A stretch of DNA of 60,852 nt, filler included, from Nemertoderma westbladi (Eukaryota; Animalia; Xenacoelomorpha): NCBI GenBank assembly GCA_032718475.1. It is 3 parts of 3 records of this genome, joined end to end, with 100 filler letters (N's around TTAATTAATTAA, not from the genome) between each part and the next. Parts side by side here need not be neighbours in the genome. Positions count along the whole stretch, not along the records: positions 1 to 18,977 come from JAUCBJ010008484.1; positions 19,078 to 48,218 come from JAUCBJ010006083.1; 1 more part is not named here. The stretch is one strand, 5' to 3'. The notes below the pieces were generated by a model. That model had not been told where the DNA came from, searched no databases, and saw only the letters and a list, made by a program, of their open reading frames with translations. Positions 10,991 through 23,600 of the stretch are shown one piece after another (positions within the stretch are counted from its first letter, which is position 1; every line of letters begins with the position of its first letter). A program made the position numbers and the translations under genes.

Positions 10991-12155
10991 TGTAAAAGCT
11001 TTTGCGGACATAACAAGTCATTTTTCTCCGCAATATACCGTGTAGGTGCTTTAGCGGACATAACAAGTCATTTTCTCCACAATGTACCGTGTAGGTGCTT
11101 TAGCGGACATAACAAGTCATATTTTGCCGCAATGCGCCTAATCCTCTAAACAACTGGAACTCAGATGACGAAATCTGTCAGCTGATTTACTGTAAACGTG
11201 GAACCTCTCTTTGTTCTGCTCAGCCAATCAGAGCGATTTTCATTTTATGTTGAACAAGGGCCTAAAACCGCGCAATGCATTCCGGTCTTTGTTTACCTTT
11301 CTGAGCGAGAGAACTGCTTGGAAATCTTCTGTTACTTCTGTTGTGGAAGTTTCAGACTTTGCCTAAAGCTGATGGCTTTGATTACGGAATGTAAATCTAT
11401 TATCTGATGAACCTGCTGGACACTGCATATCATACTAAACCAATAAACTGACTTTTCACCGCATTATTTACTTCTGCTTACTGTCTGTTATTAATTGTTG
11501 TATATTGTTGGATATGTTGTTATATTTGGAGAATACCGATAAATAATCATAAAACCCCCAATCTTCTTGATTACTGAAGGTAAGAGGACAGTTTACTGGT
11601 AGCAACTGCGACTGAAATTATAGTGGTTTTTATGTGAATTAAATGCTATTTCATAATCCCTACAAGTGTCAGTTGCGATCTTCTTTATGATCAAATTCAG
11701 TGACGGTCGGCAGATCAATGTGCAGTAGTGTGAAGCAGTGTGAAGTCGTGTGCAGTAGTGTGACAGATAATAAAGCATCTCCTAAAGAATGCGCTATTTA
11801 CGAAACTCAGTAGCCATCTAGTTGTGATTAGTATAAGTCATAACTCTGTTTTTATACTTAAAGCGCCACGTCCTAAAGGAACTGTTAATATTTCCCCAAA
11901 AGTAAATATATTTGTCAGAGATTATATAGTAACGATCAATCGAATAATACTGTAGGTCTACACCGCAATAACGTCAAAGCACCCGAATCCAGTCTCCCTT
12001 AACCGTGGGTGAATGATCGCGCACAGACTGGCTTCGGCAGATGTAACTTCAGTACATTAAATAATTGGTCTAGGCTAAAGTCGATTTAATATTTATAAAC
12101 AAGAAGACAACTAAAATTGGCAGGTTAAACTGCTAAAGGTCTAAAAGTGCGAACA
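10991..12155 (+). mobile_element. LTR of about 1.16 kb (TG...CA), probably a 3' LTR
   Basis: Starts TGTAAAAGCTTTTGCG and ends GCGAACA. Collinear with 55822-56980. Preceded by purine-rich GGGAGCGG (PPT-like). No TSD. CCAATCAGAGCG at 11224. Confidence 0.75.
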
Positions 12156-13270
12156 ATGAGGGACACACATTAATCAGAGGCACAAACATTAATAGGGGTG
12201 AATGCTTGCCAATGGATATTAATATGAGCGATGGTGATGCTTGCCATCAGACGATCAGATAATAAGTGATAAACTGATATACTTGAAAAAATACTACCAT
12301 GGGAACGTGAGCTTCGATCAAAGTAGCGCCGCTTTGTATACATTCCATCTACCTAATTAAATGGAAATTAATTTAAAGCGACGTTTGGTTACGTTGTTCA
12401 GCTGCTGTTTTGCTGTTAACCCCCCCCCCCCCCCCCCCCCGGCTGTTATACCCCCATATTTTCAATTTACCTCCTACCCCCACCATTCATGTTACCCTCC
12501 ACCCCCCCCCCCCCCCCCCCCATTCCTGTCTCCCTTCATGTTCATCATTTTTTTACTCCTTCCCTTATTAGTAACAACATCGTTTATTGTTTTTGGTTAG
12601 AAAAACCATCTCTGTAACCTGATCCTTTCCCTCAATTGGTAATAACATAGATTATTGGTTTGGTCAGATTAATATGTTATTATTTATTGTTATTGTTATT
12701 TATTGTTATTGTATTGCTTGACAGTAATGAGCATTGTAATACTGTAATATATTGTATGTGTATGGGTGGTAACAGGAATCATACTAAGTGCCATGGGAGG
12801 TAACATGAATGGAATGGAATGATGGTGCCCATGATTTTTGTTTTTTTTGCCCTTGATTGATATCTGTCCCTCGTTTAATGTTTGTGTCCCTCATTAATGT
12901 TTGTGTCCCTCATTAATATTTGTGTACCTTATTAATGTTTGTGTCCCTCATTAATGTTAGTGTACCTCATTAATGTTTGTGTCCCTTATTAATGTTTGTG
13001 TACCTCATTAATGTTTGTGTCCCTCATTAATGTTTGTGTCCCTCATTAATGTTTGTGTCCCTCATTAATGTTTGTGTCCCACATCAATGTTTATGTCCCA
13101 CATTAATGTTTGTCCCCCTGATTAATGTTTGTCCTCCTGATTAATGTTTGTCCCACATTAATGTTTGTATACATTTATTATAGGAAGGGATCTTGGGGTC
13201 TTAATTAATTAATTTGATTAATGTTTGTGGCGCTGATAAATATCTGTCCTTCATTTAATGTTTGTGTCCA
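12156..13270. repeat. 19-bp minisatellite (TTAATGTTTGTGTCCCTCA) with inverted copies; possible foldback element
   Basis: Array at about 12870-13270; reverse-complement units at 12156-12193. Confidence 0.6.
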
Positions 13271-13789
13271 AGTTGCTATGGGGTTCCGGACGTCTTGGAT
13301 AACTTGGTCAGCAACAAGCAACTTAATTTGAGTAACCATTAACTTTTAGTCTCCATTATATGAGGCATCTTTTACAGCAACAAACTTCGCGTTTACATAG
13401 AGCAACTTGATCGGCAACCTGACATGCTCACCAAGTTGCTGATAGAGTTGCTCAAAATGTTGCCACGTAGTGTGGAAAAAACAGTCTTTAATTATTCGTC
13501 ATGACGTACTGTAAGTGAACTTTACTTTAACTTTAACCTAGCTGTATCCCTGTAGCTAGACTTTGTTCTTACTGTAGAGTACCACCCATGGCTATATTTT
13601 ATACTTAGAGTTCCGTTTGCTTGAATCTAAATTTTGTTCTTATAGTTCTGCATTTGGCTAAATTTTGTTCAATTTGTATTGATACATGATTCTAACTACA
13701 GTCCAGTACTTATTTTAGAAGCCAGTAATACCAAAATATCAAAAACTTATGGAGCACTTTAGAATTTTGAATTCCAAAATTTCCAACAT

Positions 13790-14345
13790 GTGCGCAAGTG
13801 TGTTAGCTATATTGTATGTGCTATCTACTGGTACTGGTATCCAAGCGCCGTGATAGGCTCTCAATAGCATTGGCTCTAATATGTACAAAGGATGGTAATC
13901 CAAGTAAGCTGCAGGTTAGCGACATACTTGTGGGAGTTGTGTCGTTAGCCATTCTCGGAATTTTAAAAAGCATTCGAATGCTACTGTTATATGCAGTGCG
14001 CAATTTGTTGTGGACAGACAGAATAGTTCGCTCTAGCCCACAGCGCGTTGCCATAAACATTAGTACAAACATTAGAAAAAGACGTATTTTTACATTCCTA
14101 GCACAATTACCAAAATTCCTAACCAAGTAGTTTGCTCTTGCATACAACGCACAAGTCTGGCGCTTTACATCATAATCATTGTCAGTAGACGAGTGGATTA
14201 CGTGGCCAAGAAATACAATTTTATCTACAATATCAATAGGAGTGCCTAATAAGTACACATTACCAAATAAAGACTTGCTACAGCATTTCGGGATAAAATA
14301 TATACATTTGGTCTTTTTTAAATTAAACTTAATTGAGAATAGGAA
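13790..14345 (-). mobile_element. Non-LTR retrotransposon RT C-terminal fragment (RTEX-like)
   Basis: FNLKKTKCIYF..IVFLGHVI..DVKRQTCALYARANYLVRNFGNCARNVKIRLF..KLRTAYNSSIRMLFKIPR. Confidence 0.65.
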
Positions 14346-14349
14346 AAAC

Positions 14350-16866
14350 TCAGTAGGTCCCTTTCTTCTGTGCTTGAATTCCAGTCAGCAGGTACTGTGA
14401 ATTTTGATACGGATATCAATATATCAAAACTCAATATACATTATATTTGACTGTTTGGGTGAAATGTCTACGGAATCGAGTAAGGATGATGATGAATGGG
14501 ATACTGTTTCTTGTAGCTCTTTGGAATCCGATTCAGACTTTGTTGTAGAGAATAATGCTGATGAATATTGGCTATCATCTGATGACACTGATGCTGCTAT
14601 AGATTCGGACACTAGTTTTGGAACAGTAGCAGCTGTAGATAATACGGATACAGTTACTTCTAGTCCAATTGAGTCCAGAAATGGTAAAGTCATATGGAAT
14701 ACTATTCCTCCTACACAATTAGGTCATCGCGCATCGGCAAATATAATAAGTGAAATCCCAGGAGTAACAAGGTATGCAGTTGCTAGAATTGAAAACATTC
14801 AGATGTCATTTCAATTGTTCAATACAAGTGAGATAATATAAACTATCGTGCAAATGACGAATATAGAGTTTAATAAAGCATGTGGCAACGATGTAGTTGA
14901 TTAGGATTCAATTAGAGCATTCTTAGGGCTAAAATTATTAGCTGGTTTATACCGTTCCAGAAACGAGTCATTGAAAACATTGTGGGATGATACATATGGA
15001 AGGCCTATATTCCGGAGTACAAGGTCATTGAAGAAGTTTTTTGATATATCAAGATATTTACGCTTTGATGACAAGGACACCCGTTCAGCGCAACGGCGAA
15101 CTGACAAACTGGCGCCAATTAGAGATGTATGGGACTAGCAAATTACCAATGATGTATAACATTGGAGAATGTGTAACAATCGATGAACAGTTAGTCCCAT
15201 TCCGTGGGCGATGCCCCTTCCGTCAGTATATCCCCAGTAAGCCAGATAAGTATGGGATAAAGATCTGGTTTCTGTGTGATGTGAAATCAAGCTATGGTTG
15301 GAAAGCAGATGTGTATCTTGGGTAGCCTGAAGGTGGTCCTAGGCAGACAGATTTGGGAAAGCAAGTTGTGTTGAATCTTTCGGAGGGACTAAAGGGCCGT
15401 AATATAACATGTGACAACTTTTTTTATATCTTTGGCCCTTTCAATCGAACTGACAAAGCGCCTCCAGACTATGGTTGGAACTATTAGGAAGAATAGAAAG
15501 GAGCTGCCAAAGAGCTTTTGTGAATCGAAGAGACGGGAACAGTATTCGACCTTGGAGGGGTATTCCACAGGAAATACATTAGTATCATACTGTCCAAGGA
15601 GAGGAAAAGTGGTTGTCCTTATGAGTTCAATGCACTCAAAGGTGACATACAGTACTGCAGTTGAGAAGAAGCCAGACATTATACTATATTATAATCAAAC
15701 CAAGGGAGGGGTAGACACCCTTGATAAGTGAATATCCACTTATAGGAGCAAGCGGCAAACGAAGAGATGGCCTGTAGCTCTCTTTGACAACATGGTGGAT
15801 GTGACGGCTTATAATGCTTATGTACTATGGCTGGAAGTGAATCCCGACTGGAACAAGGGTTAGAAATACAAACGGCGCTTGTTTATTGAGGAGCTTGGGC
15901 TGGAACTTATTAGCCCAACCATAGCGACACGAAAACGGCTACCGTATAGTTCAAATGCTCAGAGGTTGGTGAAGCGTTTACGTCAGGACATACCATCGGA
16001 TGCTCCATCAGCATCGATATCACAACCTACTCCGCATTCAAGAGGATATTGCCATCTCTGTACAGGAGCAAAGCAGAGAAACAAGGTATCAAAGGTGTGT
16101 GCAAAGTGTGATAGACACACTTGTAATGCACATGGCGAAGCCACATTTATGTGTCAGGAATGTGACAAATAGGCCTAGTAAAACTGTAGTAAACTAATTA
16201 TACAGTAGAATATTCAAACTGTCAAATGAAATAGGGACGATGGTTTAATTTACTAGTTATCACATCACACCTTACAAAGTTGAAATTGAATTTGAATTAT
16301 ATTACTTGTATATTGTTTTGTTTTTTGTATTTCTCCGAATTTTCAATTATCTGTAGATATGATTAATAAGTAGAATACTGGAATAATATAATACCCTCAT
16401 TATTTATCGAGGCCAGGATTTATTATTTTCACTGAGTGCATTGTTGAGTTGTGGGAGGTTTAGTTGCCTACTAATTGCACTAACAGACGCAGACATGAGT
16501 CAGACAGACAAACAGACAGACAACTTGATATAATACTATCTGCCTTACCTACAGTATAATAAAACTTACTAAAACATATATCATTATACTGCTGTATGTA
16601 TTGATATGGTAATCTTGATATTTAATCGCAATGACTTACTGGTATCATACCATTACATTACTAATTCTGATAACAGACAATGGACAGACAGACAAAAAAC
16701 AGACAACTAAGATAATACTACAGTCTAATATCTGAATATAAGTAGGCAACTTTCATTCCTAAAAGGTAACCACTGGATATTGAATCACAGTGCCTTCTCA
16801 TTTACATGAGGTCAAAATTGACCTCAAAGGAATCAAATGTTTGAGAAATGAAGGGGAACACAAGGG
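14350..16866 (+). mobile_element. piggyBac element; right end intact, left end not found
   Basis: Right terminus ...GAACACAAGGG|TTAA (TTAA at 16867-16870) with subterminal palindrome GAGGTCAAAATTGACCTC. Confidence 0.7.
14464..16172 (+). pseudogene. piggyBac (PGBD4-like) transposase pseudogene
   Basis: Acidic N-terminus; VTIDEQLVPFRGRCPFRQYIPSKPDKYGIKIW, NITCDNFF and YNQTKGGVDTLD (DDD triad); C-terminal Cys-rich domain CHLC..CAKCDRHTCNAH..CQEC. Multiple stops and frameshifts. Confidence 0.92.
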
Positions 16867-17134
16867 TTAAAATATAACATGCATTAAAAACAGAGCTTGA
16901 TAATTATCTTTACTGTTAGATTCATTTTACTTTTGGTGTCTGGTTACGATGGTTTTCAAAAGTGCCAGTCAAGATAAGACTAATTATTGGATTAGTTTAT
17001 TCCAGTGACGTACTAATCATATTTACAATACATTGATTTGAGAACATTATAAATTTAATTTTTATTTAACACTTTCCGTCTTATTGGTTTGAGTTTGGCC
17101 TGGTTGGATTAAAGAAGAATAATGTAGACTAAAA

Positions 17135-18423
17135 CTAACCTGATTTCCGGATGCTAACATCACACAACAAATGATGAGCGCGACGAACAGCTTCCTCCAG
17201 TTTTTCTTGGGTGAAATCCTTTGAATTCATATTTACATCCATCAGGACTTTGATAACACCGATTTCGATTAAGGAAATGTTCTTAGAGCATCCGTTCGAA
17301 CGTCCCGAATACGATGTCTCCCTGGCGAACTCTTTAGATAGGAGAAAGTTTAGCTGGCGTTTAACGGCTTTGCATAGGTCCGCCCCTTCTTGTCGTGACA
17401 GATAGACAATCAAGCGAGAATCTTCTAACATTGCTTTCAACTCAATGATATTACTGGCTGGGTTCATTATCGTTGGTCCTTGACTAGTGTTGATGTTGTC
17501 TTTGACGGTCTCTTCAAGACATAGACGTATCTCATCTCTCATGGCACCGCGAAGTTTTCCAATAGCAAGACCTTGTGCAGCAACGGCAGACCTGGTTTTG
17601 ACAAGGAGACCAAACTTCTGCTCCAACAGCTGATGATCAGATAGATCAGCTATATAATTGAGACTATTCTCAATAACTTTTCCACTTTGTTATTGTTATT
17701 AACAGGTGTATTATCGGAATAACTGTTATTTCTAGAATTCACTATGATGCTATGATGAGTTGGGGACAGAAACTTAACAGCACCAACATCTTTTCGTTGA
17801 CTGGTTAGAATTTGGCGATTGGGAGTTCGATCACTTGGTTTGTCGTTTATAACTGGGGTTTGGCGTTTAACAGTCTGATCGTCATCAGAACTATCAATGA
17901 TTTCTAAGGCTACTCTCTTCTGACCGTGAAATCTCGTTTTCGTTAGCTCGTACGTATCCTCAGCCGACACAAATGTCCATTTTATGCAACTCTTACACAT
18001 AAAATCCCTAAATCTACAACTGCGTATTTACGCATGGTGTACGCAGGTTTTGTTTTAATAAACGTGGCAAATTCGCATTCCGCATAAAAAACGCAAGCGT
18101 CCCGCATGCGGCTGTCACACTGGGATGTTCTTAATAGATAATTCATCAAACTTTTCAAACGGCACAAAGTGACGCGATCCAATGGTTTGATACTTGCAGT
18201 TGCTGCCGAGACTTTCGGAAAGTCGTTGAACTGTAATCCATGGGGGCACTTTTAAGTGCTTCTGCGACGCTTTCTTCGTTCTTTTTGAGCGAAGCCTTTC
18301 CTCTAGCTCCGTTATATCGAAATCAACCGCAGGTCTTGCCTTTTTAAAAGCCATATCATATCCAAATAATCGAACAGAAACAAAGTGTGAGGCGGCCAGA
18401 GAGTGGACTGCGGATTTGTCCAA
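17135..18423 (-). pseudogene. Disrupted unknown ORF, possibly a DNA-transposon accessory (DUF4806/BEN-like) protein
   Basis: Consecutive minus-strand ORF pieces; 18115-18423 and 17650-18000 share a frame. C-terminal LLSKEFARETSYSGRS motif is only suggestive. Confidence 0.3.
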
Positions 18424-18977
18424 TTAGCTAGGAGGTCCTATCAGCCTATAACTACTGCAGTACTGAACTAGAACTACAGAACTAAATAAAAGGTAATATG
18501 CACTTTCAGGCCCCCAAACCCCCGGAATATTAAATACAGAAATAATGCTAAAAATACTGCAGTGACGACTACCGGTAGTACTGTAGTACCGTACCGTTCG
18601 TTCTAGCTGTATGAAGATGAACATGCTGTACTGTAGATAACTAACTGACTGACTGACTCAGTTGATACTATTCGGCCACATAGTCTAAATTTGAAGGGAG
18701 ATGATATTTTTCGGGCAGGAATCGTTTTATGCGTTTTTTATAAAATTCACTGTCGCTGGCCGAATAGTATCAACTGCTTTTGTTTACAGTTACAGTGGAC
18801 GAAGAGTATCAGCGATTTATTTTTTCATTTTATTGTGATACTGATGGGCCATGGGCGAATCGTATCAATAATATTTATATTAATTATTGTGACGGGATCC
18901 GAGAATCCCGACCGGTGTTGTTTATGTACGCATCAGCCGCACCGTGTGATGGAAAAAAGGAGTTTGTTATTGTTCCG

Positions 18978-19077
18978 NNNNNNNNNNNNNNNNNNNNNNN
19001 NNNNNNNNNNNNNNNNNNNNNTTAATTAATTAANNNNNNNNNNNNNNNNNNNNNNNNNNNNNNNNNNNNNNNNNNNN
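18978..19077. other. Assembly spacer (N44-TTAATTAATTAA-N44)
   Basis: 100-nt gap containing a six-frame stop linker. Confidence 0.95.
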
Positions 19078-19394
19078 CGTACCCGAGGTACGGACGCTAC
19101 GTATCCTCCTGGTACGGCAAGCTCCTAAACGGCTTATTTATATCAAAGTTACCTTAATTTCAACTATAGTTATTTTATTGTCTCTTCTCTTTCTTTGTCT
19201 TACTTTCTCTGTGATAATGACTGACTCAAATAGCTCGCATAAACACAGTCTTGTGCCGGCTTGTACTTTACTGACTTTTACTTTTACAATCTTCTTACGA
19301 TAGTTCACAAACACAGTGATTTCTATTTTACAGATGTTATTAATGTCTTCCTTTTGGTAAATATAATTAGTATACTGTACGTAACACCATTGAA

Positions 19395-19745
19395 ATACCT
19401 CTGGGAAGAGGGAAAATGAGAAACCGGGTGAGGGGCGCTTTGGGTCCTTAAGGAGCCAAAGTAAGCCTAGTAATTTGTAAAAAAATAATCCAAATAATAT
19501 ACAAATCTATCGTAAAAATCTGGTTTAACACAATCCAAAAATACTATTGGAAAGATGTTTGCAGTGATAATAGTGAAAAAACACCAGGTTATTTCCATGT
19601 CCAAACAGGGATAACATTTGGGTGCAGGAAATTAGCTGCTACTTTTATCCTCAGAGCTCTACTGTCGGGCCTGTGTCGGACCGAAAAGGCAACGGGCAGA
19701 GTGTGCAAGCACTAGGGCTGGTTTAGCCAAAACTCGAGTTTTGCT
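19395..19745. repeat. Dispersed repeat homologous to about 53295-53880
   Basis: Shared blocks CCTCTGGGA..GAGAAACCGGGTG.GGG.GCTTTGGGTCC, ACACCAGGTTA..GTCCAAACAG and CAGAGTG..AGC.CT..GGGCT..CAAAACTC. Confidence 0.6.
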
Positions 19746-19794
19746 AGCTTAACCACACTAACATATGGCCTACATTTTGTAATAATATTCAATG

Positions 19795-20175
19795 TCTTTT
19801 TTCTCAATGTATTTGTTTTATTTCTCCTCTAAAACATTGAGAAAAAAATTACAATTAATTTTTTCTCGATGTTTTTTATCTCATCTTTTTTTTCTCAATG
19901 TTTTTTTCTCAAGTTTTTTCTCAATGTTTTTTTTTCTCAAGTTTTTTTCTCAATGTTTTTTTTTCTCAATGTTTTTTTCTCAATATTTTTTTTCTCAATA
20001 CTTTTTTTCTCAATGTTTTTTTCTCAATATTTTTTTTCTCAATACTTTTTTTCTCAATGTTTTTTTTCAATGTTTTTTTTTCAATGTTTTTTTCTCAATG
20101 TTTTTTTTCTCAATGTTTTTTTTCTCAATGTTTTTTCTCAATGTTTTTTTCTCAATGTTTTTTTTGTCAATGTTT
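19795..20175. repeat. T-rich minisatellite (TTTTTTTCTCAATG)n
   Basis: Seen directly; the Phe-rich ORFs here are artefacts. Confidence 0.9.
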
Positions 20176-20500
20176 TCGTCTTGAAGTTTGAGTTTGGTTT
20201 GTCTTTACATTATAGGCCTATCACAATGAACAACCTAATAATACCAGTATAGTGCATTGCCCAGACTGCATGTGCACTCCCTAAACTGAAAATTAAAATT
20301 TGAAATATGTATAGTAGGCCTATGGCGTACCGTAGGCCTACGCACAGTATATAACTGTTAATGATAATGTTCGATCAGTACCTTGAAGAATGTGACTAAA
20401 TGATTTTATAATAGGTCCCATTTACGCCACACTCATGGTCTACTCTACTAGTAGAGTAGGTCCTTGGTGACACATTATACGTCGCACACAATTTTTTTAG

Positions 20501-20662
20501 GAATCCTTCCTTGAAGATGTTTGTACAATATTGAATTCCGGAGATATTCCAGATCTCTTCGATAAAGATGAAATAGACAACATAGTAATGGATCTTAAAG
20601 GAACAGCTTTAGAGAACGATGTCCCAGATAATAAAGAAAGCATCTTCTCATTTTTTAACCAG
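20501..20662 (+). CDS. DNAH14: Dynein heavy chain exon (AAA4)
   Basis: [29 protein letters not shown]; AG/GT borders. Confidence 0.85.
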
Positions 20663-23600
20663 GTAGATCAATTTATCATGAAATATATTTTAAAATTATT
20701 TAATTTTGTTTAAAATTTTTTAAATAAATTAAAAAATTTATAATTATTGTTAAATTAATTTTATTTTATTTTTCGGTTAATTATATTTATTTATGTTAAT
20801 CAATTAATATAATTATATATCAAACAAAGTATCAAGAAACTATGATCATCCAAAATTAACGTAAAATATGTATAATTTCTATAAAATCAAACAAACTGTT
20901 AACAATAAAGGTTAAACTTTAGTTAAACAATTTAATCTGGCACGATACGATACTGTGATCAACCTGTCCTGAATAGAAAGCCCTAGTTGACTCGATGGCT
21001 TGGCCCTTATATAGTAAGCCTTGTCTGTGATACAGGTATCCAGAATGAACATATCCATATCCCTAACACATTTTTTTATCTTTAAAATGACTACTCTTAT
21101 AAAACTAATAATTATATTTATTTTGTAGAGGGTGCGGGCGTGTCTCCATGTTGTTATAGCAACGTCTCCAGGTGGTGGTTCGCTTAGGAACCGGTGCAGA
21201 CGGTACCCCAGTCTGGTTAACTGCTGCACCATAGACTGGTACGAAGAGTGGGGCGAGCAATCTCTACTCAGCGTAGCCAACCATCGTCTGTCAGGATTCC
21301 AGTTGCCGGTAATCTATTTATACGCCTAATCCACCTATCCCCCTTTCACTACTACAGTCACCCTTTTTTAGTATTATTTTATGTAACGGTATTGATAATA
21401 TAATTGATATTTGTTGTCTGAATATTATGCTTAGTACTGTAATAAATACTCGGGGGGGGGGGGGGGACTTTCGACTCAATAAAAATTCATCCCCCTCCAG
21501 GGGAAATTCGACGCAAATAACAGCTGATTACTCTCAAAAATAAAACTGTAACCTGTTCTATTGTGTTTAGTTTATTGTTTTGGTTAAAATGTCGTGCCAC
21601 TGAAACCTGCTCCTTTCCCTAAATTATGAATTTAACATTGAGGCGGGATATTAATTCGCCAAGATGGGATCTTAAATTGTAAATCTAACAATTCGTAAAT
21701 TTTCGTAATTTCTTAACTTTCTCAAAATTAAATTCTGTCAAATACCAGGATTTGACAAAATGTTTTATTGTGTTGTAGGATGAAAATACATTACAAACTT
21801 CAAAATCCTGTGTGGCTAGTCATATATGTATGGAGGATTGGTCTCTTAGACTGTACAAGGAAATGTCTCGTCGGTTCTACATCACTCCTACCACTTACCT
21901 TGAGTTCCTCCACACCTTTGTTGATTTCCTCCATAGTCAAGGCGAGAAACTCAACGGTAACAGGTTCGTCTTTGTTGGAAACATTAGAGAAATATTTATA
22001 TTAAAGTCCCCGCTATTACCTCGTGACAAAATCGAAATTTATCGAATCTTATTATTTTACAGGAATCGATTTAAGACGGGGCTTTCTAAACTTACTGAGG
22101 CCAACCTTCTGGTGGAGCAGATGCAGGTGGACTTGGTAGAACTCGGTCCACAAATAGAACAGCAGACGGTGGACACTGACATTCTCTTGGAACAGTTGAA
22201 GAAAGATCAGGATAGTGTGGACGAGATACACAGTATAGTTACTGGGGAAGAAGCCGTAATGAAAAGGGAGGCAGAGATTGTTGAAGAATACGTTGAGGTA
22301 AGTGGAGTTAGATACTACCGTGGAGTGGTCCATGTAAGTAATGGTTCTTGTAATTCATAGTCGCCATGTACGAGGGAACCATGTATGTGTAGTCTTTCAC
22401 CTGTGTATTCACGAAGTGCGATCAAGTGATTCATGTAAATAATGATCCATGTATATGTGGCCTGTGTAACTGTAGTCGATGTTTGTAGGATGTTATAGAG
22501 ATAAAGTTTGCTTTTCAGAAACTTCTGAGTGCAAAATATACAATATTAATGTTAATTTGAAGTGTTTATTATACAGCAAGCCTCGATCGAACTGCGTTCG
22601 GTAACACCGGCTTTAGAAGAAGCCATCGAACATCTGGATCAGTTGGACAAACGTGACATATCGGAGCTCAGGGTCTACACTAACCCGCCCGAACTAGTGT
22701 TCACAGTAATGAAGGGGGTCTGCACCTTGCTACAACTCACTCCTGATTGGCCAACAGCTAAACTAATCTTAGGAGAACAGGGATTCCTCAAGAGGTTGAC
22801 AAAGTTGAACCCTGACAGCATTCCCGACAAGGTAGATTGGCGTTACATACAGTAATGCCACGGCTATTTAATATGTACAAAACTTTTATGATCTCAAACT
22901 GGAAGAATTCGATAATTTCAGAATTTTTTTTATGAATCCCCGCAAGGCGAAGTTTGTGACGGTATATAGAAGTTACTCAAACCGCAACTCGAATAATCGA
23001 TTTTACTTTGGAGTTCATTTCACGATGAAATATTTCAATCAAATGCTACGAAATTTAGTATGTAGATAAGATGTCAAGTCAAGTAATAAAAATAATAATG
23101 ATGTCATGTTATACCAAGTGTAAATACCACAATACTCGCAGCGGTGGATGCCTAATCACATGACTAACGAGACCACGCACCCGTATATATAATGTGTTGT
23201 GCTGCTCACACACACTGATATCTCGGTTTTGTTTAATTTTAACAATTCTGCAATTTAGAATGATGTTAGTGATTATAAATATTTATATATTTTTTAGGTA
23301 ACGGTCGATAAAATATTATGTAGATGAGTGAATTTGTTTAATAAATGAATATCCAGCAACATAAAACCATTAAGTTTGTGTACGTCTACGTATCATCTTT
23401 GTTTCCAGGTGTTCGTTAAACTTCGACGGTTTACCAAGTCGGAGAATTTCAACCCCGACGCTGTGGGACTTGTGTCAGCCTCCAGTCGGTCTATGTGCAA
23501 GTGGGTTTTAGCGTTGGAACATTATCACAACGTCATAAAAATGGTAAAACCGCGAAAAGCAAAAGCCTCAGAAGCGAAAGCAGCTCTGGACATGGCCAGG

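Noticed and set aside
19792-20252. Phe-rich membrane-protein-like ORFs
   Set aside because: T-rich minisatellite artefact; the ORFs at 32986-33487 are the same kind of artefact.
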